From assembly GCA_026004195.1 (NCBI GenBank), contig BPIQ01000001.1:1290311-1354310 (forward strand): a stretch of DNA of 64,000 nucleotides, read 5' to 3'. The notes beneath the pieces were generated by a model that saw only the letters and a program-made list of their open reading frames with translations, was not told where the DNA came from and searched no databases. Positions 34,728 through 43,486 of the stretch are shown one piece after another (positions within the stretch are counted from its first letter, which is position 1; each line of letters opens with the position of its first letter). Position numbers and translations under genes: made by a program. The stretch comes from Candidatus Binatia bacterium. Lineage in GTDB: Bacteria > Desulfobacterota > Binatia > HRBIN30 > BPIQ01.

Positions 34728-34759
34728 CGAGCGCAACAAAGACCGGTCTTGCTCGAAGG

Positions 34760-35791
34760 TCAAGCGCCCGCCGGGGCGTGGAAACGGAAACGAACGATGT
34801 CGCCGTCGCGGAGAACGTATTCTTTGCCCTCGAGCCGCATCTTCCCGGCTTCTCGGCACCGGCTCTCGCTTCCGAGATGGACGAAATCTTCGTACGCCAC
34901 GACCTCGGCGCGGATGAACCCCCGTTCCATGTCCGAATGCACCCTCCCGGCCGCACGCAGCGCCGTCGTTCCGCGCGGAATCGACCAGGCGCGGACTTCC
35001 CGCTTGCCGATGGTGAAAAACGAGATTCGTCCGAGGGCAGAATGGCACTCGCGGACGAATCTTCGGGAGGCCGGCTCCGAAAGACCCAGCTCGGACAGAA
35101 AAGCCTCCCGCTCTTCGGAGTCGAGCTCTTCGAGCTCCGCCTCGATCGCGGCACTCACGCGCAGAAGGGGGACCCCGGCGGCGCGGACTCGCCGCTCGAG
35201 CTCCCGAGGAAAGGGATTCGAGAGTTCGCGTTCGTGCACGTTCCACACCGCCAGCAGAGGCTTCCGCGTGAGAAACGCATAGCCCGAGGTTCGCGCGGCA
35301 TCCGCCTCCGACCACGGAAGCGACGAGAGAAGTCGGCCTTCTTCCAGACACTCGACCGCCCGAGCCAGCAAGCCCTCTTCGTGCGGGTCTCCCCGTTCTT
35401 TCCGGACTCGCTCGAGCCGCTTTTCGGCGACGGCGAGGTCCGCGAGAACGAGTTCGCTCAGGAGAAAGTCGAACTCCGCCTCGGGTGTCGCGGCCTCCTG
35501 GGTGAACGGATCCGGAAAACCCCTGAGCACGAGCACCACCGCGTCCGAGTCCCGGAGGGCGCCGACCAGGGACGGGGGCAACCCGCTTTCCTGCCCCGGG
35601 AAATCGACGAACGACATCTCGACCGGGACGACTTTCGGGGGCCGAACCAGCTCCGCGAGCCGGTCGAGTCTCGGGTCGGGAAGTTTCACCGAGACCACGG
35701 CCGGCTCACGGGAAGCCGGAAGCACCCCGGCCATGGCACGAAGCAACGTGGATTTGCCCGACCTGGGACGTCCGAGCAGAGCCACCTTCAC
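34760..35791 (-). CDS. YchF-like (Obg-family) ribosome-associated ATPase/GTPase with C-terminal TGS domain
   Basis: G1 'LLGRPRSGKSTL'. C-terminal TGS block 'EVRAWSIPRGTTALRAAGRVHSDMERGFIRAEVV…RLEGKEYVLRDGDIVRFRF' closely parallels the YchF C-terminus. N-domain divergent. Confidence 0.7.
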   Translation of the reverse strand: MKVALLGRPRSGKSTLLRAMAGVLPASREPAVVSVKLPDPRLDRLAELVRPPKVVPVEMSFVDFPGQESGLPPSLVGALRDSDAVVLVLRGFPDPFTQEAATPEAEFDFLLSELVLADLAVAEKRLERVRKERGDPHEEGLLARAVECLEEGRLLSSLPWSEADAARTSGYAFLTRKPLLAVWNVHERELSNPFPRELERRVRAAGVPLLRVSAAIEAELEELDSEEREAFLSELGLSEPASRRFVRECHSALGRISFFTIGKREVRAWSIPRGTTALRAAGRVHSDMERGFIRAEVVAYEDFVHLGSESRCREAGKMRLEGKEYVLRDGDIVRFRFHAPAGA

Positions 35792-35825
35792 GTTCGCTGC
35801 AAGCCTCCGCCCCGCGAGCCGCCTC

Positions 35826-36221
35826 TCAGTAAGCCCACTTCGAGCCGTCGTATCGGAAGACTTCGGTCACCTCGGTCGCGTCCACGATCTCGGGACGCGC
35901 AGCTTCCGCAGCCTCCCGGGTCGGCCCTTTCTGCCGGTAACGGTACTCCTCGTAGGCGAGCTTGCCGACGGCGGTCGAGCCCTCGCCTCTGGCCTCGCAG
36001 CGCAGAAGGGGTCCGTAGCCCACGTACTCCGCCTCGAAACCGTCCGGAGTGGCCCGCCACTCGAGCGCCCTGCGATTCGCCTTTTCCTGCTCGTGGAGCC
36101 GTTCCATCCAGGATTCGCAAAATCGACGGAAGTTCTCGCCGATCTCCTCTCCGGCCCGCGTCGCGCCGGGGGCGCAGAAAAGGGCCAGAGCGACCGACAG
36201 GGCGAAAGCGCAGGACCTCAT
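35826..36221 (-). CDS. Small secreted hypothetical protein (131 aa, signal peptide)
   Basis: ATG 36221 overlaps the stop of the upstream enoyl-CoA hydratase (ATGA). 'MRSCAFALSVALALFCAPGATRA' is a signal peptide. Confidence 0.45.
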   Translation of the reverse strand: MRSCAFALSVALALFCAPGATRAGEEIGENFRRFCESWMERLHEQEKANRRALEWRATPDGFEAEYVGYGPLLRCEARGEGSTAVGKLAYEEYRYRQKGPTREAAEAARPEIVDATEVTEVFRYDGSKWAY

Positions 36222-36991
36222 CGTCCCTGCCAGCGAGGCTTCCTCTTTTCCGCGAACGCCCGCACGCCCTCTCGCATGTCTTCCGAGCGCAAGAGCGTCT
36301 CGATGCCCGGAAAGGGCTCGCGCACCGCTCGTTCCAAGGGGAGCGAAAGGCCGCGAAGCGCCGCTTCCTTGGTCGCCCGAACGGACAGGGGCGCGCATTC
36401 CAGGATTTCCCGCGCCCATCGCTCGGCCGTCTCCATGAGGCGGTCGCGAGGAACGCACTCGTTCACGATCCCGAGACGCAGCGCTTCCGCCGCCGAGATC
36501 CTGCGGCCCGTCAGCAAGAGCCCCATGGCGAGTTTCAGGGGAACTTGCCTCGGCAACCGGTGGATCCCGCCTGCCAGGGCCGCCAGCCCCACTCGTGGTT
36601 CCGGCAGGCCGAACGTCGCTTCTTCCGCCGCTACGATCAAATCGCAGGCCAGTGCGATTTCGAAGCCTCCGCCGAGGGCCACCCCGTTGACGGCGGCGAT
36701 CACGGGTTTGAAGAGATCGAATCGCGAGGTGAGGCCCCCGAAGCCGGTCGGGGGAACCCGCGTGGCTTCCATGCCGTGTTCGGCGCTGTACTTGAGGTCG
36801 TTGCCCGCGCAGAAGGCCTGTTCTCCCGCGCCTGTCACGATCGCCACCCAGAGGTCGTCGTCGGCTGCGAAGTCGTCGAAAGCTCGCGCCATTTCTTCGT
36901 TCGCCGGTGGATGGAGGGCGTTCCTCACTTCCGGTCTCTGGATCGTCACGTACGCGATCCGACCCTTCTTCTCGTACCGAATGAATTCCAT
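36218..36991 (-). CDS. Enoyl-CoA hydratase/isomerase (crotonase) family
   Basis: 'AIVTGAGEQAFCAGNDL' and 'AAVNGVALGGGFEIALACDLIVAAE' crotonase signatures. Start at ATG 36991 ('MEFIRYEKKGRIAYVTI'). Confidence 0.8.
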   Translation of the reverse strand: MEFIRYEKKGRIAYVTIQRPEVRNALHPPANEEMARAFDDFAADDDLWVAIVTGAGEQAFCAGNDLKYSAEHGMEATRVPPTGFGGLTSRFDLFKPVIAAVNGVALGGGFEIALACDLIVAAEEATFGLPEPRVGLAALAGGIHRLPRQVPLKLAMGLLLTGRRISAAEALRLGIVNECVPRDRLMETAERWAREILECAPLSVRATKEAALRGLSLPLERAVREPFPGIETLLRSEDMREGVRAFAEKRKPRWQGR

Positions 36992-37080
36992 GCGTAGCAC
37001 TCCACCACCGGAGGTCCGAAAACACAAGGCTTCGAAAGGCGCCGCGTGACTTCGCCGGAGGTCCGGGATATGGAAGGGCC

Positions 37081-37956
37081 ATGCTTCCCCGGCGCGTCGT
37101 GACGGGGTCGCTCGCGGACACGAGCGTCCCTTCCGTGGCGACTTTGAGCCCCCGTGTGACGCTCGTGCTGGGCGCCAACCCGGGATGGTTCACGGGACCC
37201 GGTACCAACACGTATCTCGTGGGCACGGGTTCCCGACCCGTCCTGATCGACACCGGACAGGGCATGCCCGAATACCGCGAGCTTCTGCGGCACACCCGGG
37301 AGAGCGTACGTCCCTGCGAGGGTCTCCGTGCCGTCGCCCTTACCCACGGCCACTTCGACCACATGGGCGGGGTCGGGGATGTGCTGGCGGAGTTCGGTCC
37401 CGTGCCCGTCTACAAAATGCCCGACGCGGCCGACCCTGCGACGCTAGCCCTCGAACCGCTCGAAGAAGGCAGCGTCGTGTCCGCGGAGGGTGCGACCTTG
37501 CGGGTCCTCTGGACCCCGGGCCACGCCCGCGACCACGTCTGCTTTTTCCTCGAGGAAGAAAAGGCGCTCTTCACGGGGGACGTCGTCCTCGGGGCGGGAA
37601 CGACGGTCATCCCCGAGGACGGGGACCTGGCCGCGTACCTGCGGTCGCTCCAGCGGCTCCTCGAGCTCGACGCGAGAATTCTCTACCCGGGGCACGGACC
37701 GCCCGTCGAGAATCCCGCGAGGAAGATCCGGGAGTACCTCGCCCACCGGGAACTGCGGGAGCGGCAGATTCTCGATGCACTCGCGGACGGGGCGCTGAGC
37801 GTGGCCGAGCTCGTGGCGGCGATCTACACGGACGTGCCGGCGGTTCTCCACCAGGCGGCAGGTTGGTCCGTCCGGGCACACCTGCGGAAGCTCGAAGCCG
37901 AAGGTCGCGTGCGCCGGGAACAGGAGCGGTGGCAACGGCTCCGGGAGAACGCATGA
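37081..37956 (+). CDS. MBL-fold metallo-hydrolase (LACTB2/glyoxalase-II-like) with C-terminal winged-helix-like tail
   Basis: 'ALTHGHFDHMGG' (HxHxDH), 'TPGHARDH', 'GDVVLG', 'YPGHGPP'. About 291 aa. No RNase-J/CPSF beta-CASP motifs seen. Confidence 0.8.
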   Translation: MLPRRVVTGSLADTSVPSVATLSPRVTLVLGANPGWFTGPGTNTYLVGTGSRPVLIDTGQGMPEYRELLRHTRESVRPCEGLRAVALTHGHFDHMGGVGDVLAEFGPVPVYKMPDAADPATLALEPLEEGSVVSAEGATLRVLWTPGHARDHVCFFLEEEKALFTGDVVLGAGTTVIPEDGDLAAYLRSLQRLLELDARILYPGHGPPVENPARKIREYLAHRELRERQILDALADGALSVAELVAAIYTDVPAVLHQAAGWSVRAHLRKLEAEGRVRREQERWQRLRENA

Positions 37957-39083
37957 TCTCGGTGCCCGCCATGCGGTTGCGCCAGTTCGGCGTGACCCTC
38001 TACGAAGCCGTGCTGGGCGTCGAGGTCGTGCGCAAGCTGATCCGGTTCGAGGTTCTCGGCTACTCCGACCAGCGAACCTCCGGCAAACGGCCCCTCAAAA
38101 CTCCCCGGGGAGCCACGATCAACTGGGATCTTCTCGAGCGCAAGATCGCCCAGAGTGCGGAAGCCTACCAGCGGCCCGTGATCCGCCGCAAGATCGCCGA
38201 GCTCGTCGACTACTACTTGCAGTGTTCCGAACTGGGGAACCTGCCGGCCATCCCTGGCGCGGTCCTCCTCGTCGCGGACCAGAAACTCCAGTTCGTGCCC
38301 GTGAGTTCCCACGGCATCCTGGGGATCCTGCAACTCCCTCCCCGGGAGGGCGCCCTGCGCGCCCTCGACGGACAGCATCGCCTTCTGGCCATGCACCAGC
38401 TCGCCGAAGAGCACGCACTCGACGATTTGCAGATCCCCGCCGTCGTTTTCGACGGCCTGGCTCCCGACCAGGTGGTGGAGCTCTTCGTCACGATCAACGC
38501 CAAACACACGAAGCTGAACCCTTCGCACCTCGTGAGTCTCTCCGGGCGCCGCCTTTACCCCGACCCCGTACTGGCTCTGAGCCACGAGATCGTCCGGGTC
38601 CTGACCGAAGACCCCGCGTCGCCGCTCTATCGCGAGATCAAGCTCTTCGGTGTGGGACCGGGCCGGGTAGCCCAGGCTCCCCTGGCCGAGGAACTCAAGA
38701 ACGTTTTCACGGCACTCGAAGCCGGTGGAGGGCGGCTGGCGGCACAACTCCGGGAGGGCGGACCTCGCTTCTTTCTCCATTACTTCAAGCAAATTTCCCG
38801 CGTCTTCGAGAAAGCGTGGAACGGGCGAAAGTACAGCATCAAGACCGCGATGGCGCTCAGGGCCTTTCTCCGAGTGGTACCCGATGTGTTGCTGGCCATC
38901 CGCCGCGAGGGGGACGACCCTTTCGACTACCATGCCGTGGGGAGGGCCCTGGCCCCCTGGAAGGACCGGATCGGTGATCGCCGGTTCGAAACCGAAACAG
39001 AGTGGCGGCAGAAACTGGCCGGTGGCACCCGGGGGACGGTCGAGCTGCTGGCTCGGGAATTGCGCGCCGCGCTCCGCGCCTAG
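37953..39083 (+). CDS. DGQHR-domain protein (DndB-like, ParB/Srx superfamily)
   Basis: Literal 'LDGQHRLLAM' motif. N-terminus 'MRLRQFGVTLYEAV' as in DndB ('…QGG…Y'). 'FVTINAKHTKL' (FxxxN). ATG overlaps the MBL stop (ATGA). Confidence 0.7.
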   Translation: MISVPAMRLRQFGVTLYEAVLGVEVVRKLIRFEVLGYSDQRTSGKRPLKTPRGATINWDLLERKIAQSAEAYQRPVIRRKIAELVDYYLQCSELGNLPAIPGAVLLVADQKLQFVPVSSHGILGILQLPPREGALRALDGQHRLLAMHQLAEEHALDDLQIPAVVFDGLAPDQVVELFVTINAKHTKLNPSHLVSLSGRRLYPDPVLALSHEIVRVLTEDPASPLYREIKLFGVGPGRVAQAPLAEELKNVFTALEAGGGRLAAQLREGGPRFFLHYFKQISRVFEKAWNGRKYSIKTAMALRAFLRVVPDVLLAIRREGDDPFDYHAVGRALAPWKDRIGDRRFETETEWRQKLAGGTRGTVELLARELRAALRA

Positions 39084-39136
39084 GATTCCCCGGTTGACAG
39101 ATCCGAGATGCCGCGAGTAAAGATTCGATCTTTGCG

Positions 39137-39592
39137 ATGAAACGACCGGCGGGGATGCTCCTCCTCTGTGTGCTACTCTCGTTTTCGGTCTGGTACTCCG
39201 GATGCGGAGGTTGCCAGGAGCCCGAGCTGGCTCCCCCGGGCCCGGTCGAGGGGCGACTACCGGCCGTCCGGAAGGGCCCCCCGGGGCCCGTTACTCCGGC
39301 TACCCACCAGTGTGGCGTTCTCGCCATACCGAGCACGGAAGAAGGCAAAGCCCCCCTGGTCGTGCACTTCACCGCCGAGGGCGATTGTACGAAAGGCGAA
39401 CCCCTCTTCCGGTGGTCCTTCGGCGATGGCTCCCCCCCGGCCGAGGGCCCTGCGGTCCTCCATACCTTCGAGAGACCCGGGGAGTACGAGGTCTCGGTCG
39501 AAGTCCGCAGTTCCACCGATCCCGAGCTCGCCGACCGGGACGAGGTGGAAATTCGGGTGACCGGCAGCGAAGAGGGGAAGGTAGCGGGCTAA
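39137..39592 (+). CDS. PKD-domain lipoprotein
   Basis: Signal peptide with lipobox-like 'VWYSGC'. PKD fold pattern 'PLVVHFTAEGD…RWSFGDGS…HTFERPGEYEVSVEV'. Confidence 0.6.
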   Translation: MKRPAGMLLLCVLLSFSVWYSGCGGCQEPELAPPGPVEGRLPAVRKGPPGPVTPATHQCGVLAIPSTEEGKAPLVVHFTAEGDCTKGEPLFRWSFGDGSPPAEGPAVLHTFERPGEYEVSVEVRSSTDPELADRDEVEIRVTGSEEGKVAG

Positions 39593-40053
39593 GCGGCTAC
39601 CTTCCCCGCGTTCCTCGCAGCTTCCGCGATCAGGTGCCACGCGTTGCGGAAGGTCGCGTAGCGCCCGACGTAGGTTCTGGACGTGCTGTCGTGCAGTGCG
39701 AAGGTCTTCCCCGTGATGGCCTCCCACGGGATGACGAAGTACTCGCCACCCTTGCGTCCTCGCTTGTTCTGGGCGACGCAGACGATGAAGTCCGCGTACT
39801 TCTTGTCCAGTCGGCCGTGGCGGTGGAAGTTGAAGTGCCAGGTGCGGTAGCGGTAGCTGTATTTTCTCCCGCGAGACACCACGCGATGGAGCGTTTTGTG
39901 GGGAAGCGCCACCTTCAGGGCGACGCGCACCGACCCGTTGACCAGGAAATCGAAGCCAGCCCCGACCGGCTGGCTGCGTACGGTGAGGCCCATCCGGCGA
40001 AGCCGGGCGGCCACCCGCTCTTTCGGTAGGTCGTGCTTCTTGACTCGGTTCAT
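39589..40053 (-). CDS. Basic hypothetical protein, possibly nuclease-like (PD-(D/E)xK-type?). Unassigned.
   Basis: 154 aa, very basic (many R/K/H). 'GFDFLVNGSVRVALKVA' resembles a D…(x)K nuclease core but the acidic residue of motif II is not canonical. Sits directly 5' of tRNA-Gly with an AT-richer leader. Confidence 0.35.
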   Translation of the reverse strand: MNRVKKHDLPKERVAARLRRMGLTVRSQPVGAGFDFLVNGSVRVALKVALPHKTLHRVVSRGRKYSYRYRTWHFNFHRHGRLDKKYADFIVCVAQNKRGRKGGEYFVIPWEAITGKTFALHDSTSRTYVGRYATFRNAWHLIAEAARNAGKVAA

Positions 40054-40128
40054 GCTTTTTGGACGTTTAAAACCGTTTTGTATTCACGCTCATGGTGGCC
40101 CAAAGGAGGGCCGGAAGCAAGTCCCCTT

Positions 40129-40157
40129 TTGACTTGGCGAGCTGCTTGGGTTAGGAA
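40129..40157 (+). promoter_or_regulatory. Putative sigma70-like promoter for tRNA-Gly (TTGACT - 17 nt - TAGGAA)
   Basis: -35 at 40129-40134 and -10 at 40152-40157. The tRNA 5' end is at 40168, which is correct geometry. The -10 is a weak match. Confidence 0.3.
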
Positions 40158-40167
40158 GCCTATCCGA

Positions 40168-40241
40168 GCGGGTGTAGCTCAGCTGGCTAGAGCGCAACCT
40201 TGCCAAGGTTGAAGTCGCCGGTTCGATCCCGGTCACCCGCT
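40168..40241 (+). tRNA. tRNA-Gly (anticodon GCC)
   Basis: GCGGGTGTAGCTCAGCTGGCTAGAGCGCAACCTTGCCAAGGTTGAAGTCGCCGGTTCGATCCCGGTCACCCGCT. Acceptor stem 7 bp. Anticodon stem CAACC/GGTTG with loop TTGCCAA. T-arm GGTTCGATCC. CCA not fully encoded. Confidence 0.85.
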
Positions 40242-40266
40242 CCTTTCTTCGTCTTCTCTCCCGCCT

Positions 40267-42042
40267 TCACGAACCACGGCGGAGTTCCTCGAGAATCAGC
40301 TCTCGGGTCGGTCCCTGCACCCCCAGCTCCAGGGCTCTCCGAAAGCGCCTGCGAGCTTCCGCTCGTCTTTCTCGGAGCAGCAAGGCCTGGCCGATAGCGG
40401 CCTGGATGTCCCCGTCCCAAGGGCTCAGCTCCTCGGCCGCTCGGAGGTAGCGGAGGGCTTCCGCCACGAGCTCTCTTCGGCCGGGTTCTTCGAGCCGGCT
40501 CGCCCGCGTAAGGAGCAGAACGGCCAGGTTGTACAGCGCTTCGGGGCTCTGCCCCAGAGAGAGCGCCCGCGCGTAATACTCCTCGGCTTCTTCGAAGCGA
40601 CCCCTTCGGAACGCAATGGTACCGAGGTTCGTGTAGGCGCTGACCTGTCCGGCCCGGCTCCCTTTTTTTTCCAGTGCCGCGCGGTAGTACCGAATCGCCT
40701 CCTCGGTCCGGCCGAGCTTCTCGAGTGCCGTGGCCAGGTTCCGGAAAGGGAGGGCGGCGTTCGGCGACTTCGCGACCGTATCGGACCAGAGGGAGAGATC
40801 GTCCGTCCAGACGCGGCTCTGGACCGCCGAACAAACCGCGAGCGACGTCGCGGCCGCGGTGGCAAGAGCCCACACCAGCCGGCCACCCGCCGCGAGGTCG
40901 GCCACCCCCTTTCCGACGAGAAGACAAAACCCCACCGAAGGAAAGTAGAGGTAGCGTTCCGCGACGGGGACCTCGGGTAGGCCGAACACAGCCCAGAGCG
41001 AGGGGACGAGCCCGAGAAGCACCCAGCTCGCGAGAAACGCCGAGGACGGCGCTTTTCGGCGAAGGCCCGAGGGCGCCCAGGTGGCGAGGCCGAGCAACAG
41101 GAGACCCGAAACGACGCGGAGGGGGCTACCGGGCACCTCCGCGATGTAGGCGTTCGAGGGCCAGGGCCATACGAGCTTCTCGAGAGAAAAACCCGCCACG
41201 AGAACGGCCAGCGCGAGCGTGCCGGGTGCCGCCCCGAAGATGTCCTCGGAAACCGAAGCTTCGACGACGGAACGTCGCAGGAGAACGTAGAGGACGCCGG
41301 CGAGCACGAGAGGCGCGTACCGGCGCACGAGCCGCGTCGAGGGGTCGCCCCGTCGCAAAAAAACGTCGCAGGCCGGCAGCAGAGCCCAGAGTGCCAGGGC
41401 GACCTCCTTCGAAGCGAGGGCCAGAAAAAGGGCCGCCCCGCTCGCCCAGGCGAGCCCCGGGGACCGCCGAGCCCGGAGGTGAAAACAGGTGGCCCACGTC
41501 CCGAACATCGTGGCGAAAACGTCGGCCCGTCCGGCCACCCACGCCACGGCTTCCACGTGCACGGGATGAGCGGCAAAAAGTCCTGCGCCCAGCGCCGCGG
41601 CACAAAGTCCCTGCCGCCGGCGGGCCGTACCGAACAGCTCGAGCCCGAGGAAGAAGACGCCCAGAGTGGCGATGGCATGGGCCGCCACCACGGTCGCGTG
41701 AAACCAGGCGGGTTTCCCGCCGCCGAGCCACGCATCGAAAGCATAGGAGGCGAAGACCAGGGGTCGGTAGTACTCCGGTGCCATCTGGGGAAGTCCCCGG
41801 GGCGGGAACAAAAAGTCCGTCCAGTGGCGGAACGCCGGAAGCTGGCGCTCGAGTACGATGGGGTCGTCCCAGACGAAGCCGAACCCGAGGGTTCGCGCGA
41901 AAACGGCGAACGCACCGGCTCCCAGCCCCAGGCAAACGAGCGGGAGAGTCCGCGACCCGGAAGGACCGGGACGCGAAGGAGCACGTCGTCGCACGGCACG
42001 CAGTCCACGCTTTTCGCCGGGCCGCAGTCCGACCGCGAACAA
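40267..42042 (-). CDS. Second PMT-like (GT39-family-like) membrane protein with C-terminal TPR repeats (paralog of 8169..9908)
   Basis: 'GFVWDDP…YYRPL' and 'HPVHVEAVAW' blocks shared with the first paralog. C-terminal TPR ('YTNLGTIAFRRGRFEEAEEYYARAL'). Start TTG 42042, 3 nt after the HDAC stop (start uncertain). Confidence 0.6.
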   Translation of the reverse strand: MFAVGLRPGEKRGLRAVRRRAPSRPGPSGSRTLPLVCLGLGAGAFAVFARTLGFGFVWDDPIVLERQLPAFRHWTDFLFPPRGLPQMAPEYYRPLVFASYAFDAWLGGGKPAWFHATVVAAHAIATLGVFFLGLELFGTARRRQGLCAAALGAGLFAAHPVHVEAVAWVAGRADVFATMFGTWATCFHLRARRSPGLAWASGAALFLALASKEVALALWALLPACDVFLRRGDPSTRLVRRYAPLVLAGVLYVLLRRSVVEASVSEDIFGAAPGTLALAVLVAGFSLEKLVWPWPSNAYIAEVPGSPLRVVSGLLLLGLATWAPSGLRRKAPSSAFLASWVLLGLVPSLWAVFGLPEVPVAERYLYFPSVGFCLLVGKGVADLAAGGRLVWALATAAATSLAVCSAVQSRVWTDDLSLWSDTVAKSPNAALPFRNLATALEKLGRTEEAIRYYRAALEKKGSRAGQVSAYTNLGTIAFRRGRFEEAEEYYARALSLGQSPEALYNLAVLLLTRASRLEEPGRRELVAEALRYLRAAEELSPWDGDIQAAIGQALLLRERRAEARRRFRRALELGVQGPTRELILEELRRGS

Positions 42043-42045
42043 CGC

Positions 42046-43080
42046 TCAGCCCCGGGAAAGGGACCGCCAGTAATCCGAGTGGCGACGGCGAACCGCGTCG
42101 AAGACCGCGCACGCCCGGGAGGACGCGGGCGGGATTTCGAGCGGCTCCGCGGAGCCGCGCAGTTCCTCGAGAACGCCTGCCACCGACGCGCGCAGCGCCG
42201 CGAGGTCGTATCCCCCTTCGAGCACGGCCACCACGCGGTCGGCCGCGGTCGCTCGCGCGATTTCCACCACGGTCCGGGCCATGGCCCGAAAGCCGACCTC
42301 CGTGACCCGCATTCCGCCGAGCGGGTCGTGCAGGTGCGCGTCGAACCCCGCCGAGACCAGGACGAATTCCGGCTCGAACTCCGACGCGACCGGGAGTATC
42401 ACCGCACGGAAGGCCTCGAAGTACTCTCCGTCACCGAACCCCGCGGGAAAGGGCAGGTTGACCGTGAAGCCCTCTCCCTCGCCGAGACCCACTTCGTCCA
42501 CGCTCCCCGTTCCCGGGTAGAAAGGATACTGGTGCGTCGACACGAACAACACGTCGGCGTCCCGCTCGAAAATGTGCTGCGTGCCGTTCCCGTGGTGCAC
42601 GTCCCAGTCGACGACGAGAATCCTCTTGCAGCCACGCTTTCGGAGGTATGCCGCCGCGACCGCCACGTTGTTGAAAAGGCAGAACCCCATCGCGCGGTTC
42701 CGCTCGGCGTGGTGCCCCGGAGGCCGGACGGCAGCGAAACCGCAGTCGGCTTCTCCGCGCAGCACGGCGTCGACAAGATTCAGGACCCCACCCACCGCGA
42801 GCCGGGCGACTTCGTAGGAACGATCGCAGCAAGGAGTGTCGGCATCGAAAGCGTACCAGGCACGGGACGCCGTTGCCGCCACCCGTTCGACGTGCTCGGG
42901 CTCGTGCACGAGACAGAGCTCGTCGAACGAAGCCAGCCGCGGCGCGACGAACAGGAAGTCTTCCCGCGCGCTTTCGAAAAGCTCGAGAAGAACGTCGATC
43001 CGCTCCGGCCGTTCCGGATGAGTCCGACCGGTGTCGTGCTCCCGATACCGCGGGTCGACGAGCACGGCGGTACGCCGCAT
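42046..43080 (-). CDS. Histone deacetylase-family protein (AcuC/HDAC-like, class I/II fold)
   Basis: 'PPGHHAERNRAMGFCLFNNVAVAA', 'ILVVDWDVHHGNGTQ' and 'GGYDL' motifs (Zn ligands D…H…D and catalytic HH). Confidence 0.8.
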   Translation of the reverse strand: MRRTAVLVDPRYREHDTGRTHPERPERIDVLLELFESAREDFLFVAPRLASFDELCLVHEPEHVERVAATASRAWYAFDADTPCCDRSYEVARLAVGGVLNLVDAVLRGEADCGFAAVRPPGHHAERNRAMGFCLFNNVAVAAAYLRKRGCKRILVVDWDVHHGNGTQHIFERDADVLFVSTHQYPFYPGTGSVDEVGLGEGEGFTVNLPFPAGFGDGEYFEAFRAVILPVASEFEPEFVLVSAGFDAHLHDPLGGMRVTEVGFRAMARTVVEIARATAADRVVAVLEGGYDLAALRASVAGVLEELRGSAEPLEIPPASSRACAVFDAVRRRHSDYWRSLSRG

Positions 43081-43174
43081 GGCCGGCTTGTCTACCACCG
43101 GGCCGAGGTCGAGTAAACCGAGCGGTTTGACAGGTCCGGGTGCTTGCTCTACCGTCGCGTAGGCCTCCCCTCCC

Positions 43175-43474
43175 ATGTTCGGCATCGGGTTTCCCGAGTT
43201 GGTCGTCATCCTCGTGATCGCGCTTTTGGTGCTCGGACCGGGGAGGCTGCCGGAGGTGGCACGAGCACTGGGCCGAGCGCTCGCGGAATTCCGCCGGGCA
43301 ACCTCGGACTTGGCCGAAGAGTTCCAGGACACGCGCCGGCTTCTCGAGGAAGAGGCCCGTACGGCCGAGCGACAGCTCCGCGAGCACGAGCTCGCTCTAC
43401 GCGAAGAAAAAAGAACGGAGAGAGACGAAGCAGGAGCAGGAGAAGAGGACCCGGAAAAGGGTCGAGCCGACTGA
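43175..43474 (+). CDS. tatA: Twin-arginine translocase TatA/TatB-family protein
   Basis: '[42 protein letters not shown]' is the canonical Tat TM plus amphipathic helix. 99 aa with an acidic tail. TatA vs TatB not resolved. Confidence 0.75.
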   Translation: MFGIGFPELVVILVIALLVLGPGRLPEVARALGRALAEFRRATSDLAEEFQDTRRLLEEEARTAERQLREHELALREEKRTERDEAGAGEEDPEKGRAD

Positions 43475-43486
43475 CCCCACCGCGCC

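Noticed and set aside
43121-43174. Putative divergent promoter (TTGACA at 43125-43130) between the HDAC-like gene and tatA.
   Set aside because: The -35 hexamer is perfect. The best -10 at 17-nt spacing (TACCGT) matches only 3/6. This is too weak to list as a feature without transcript data.
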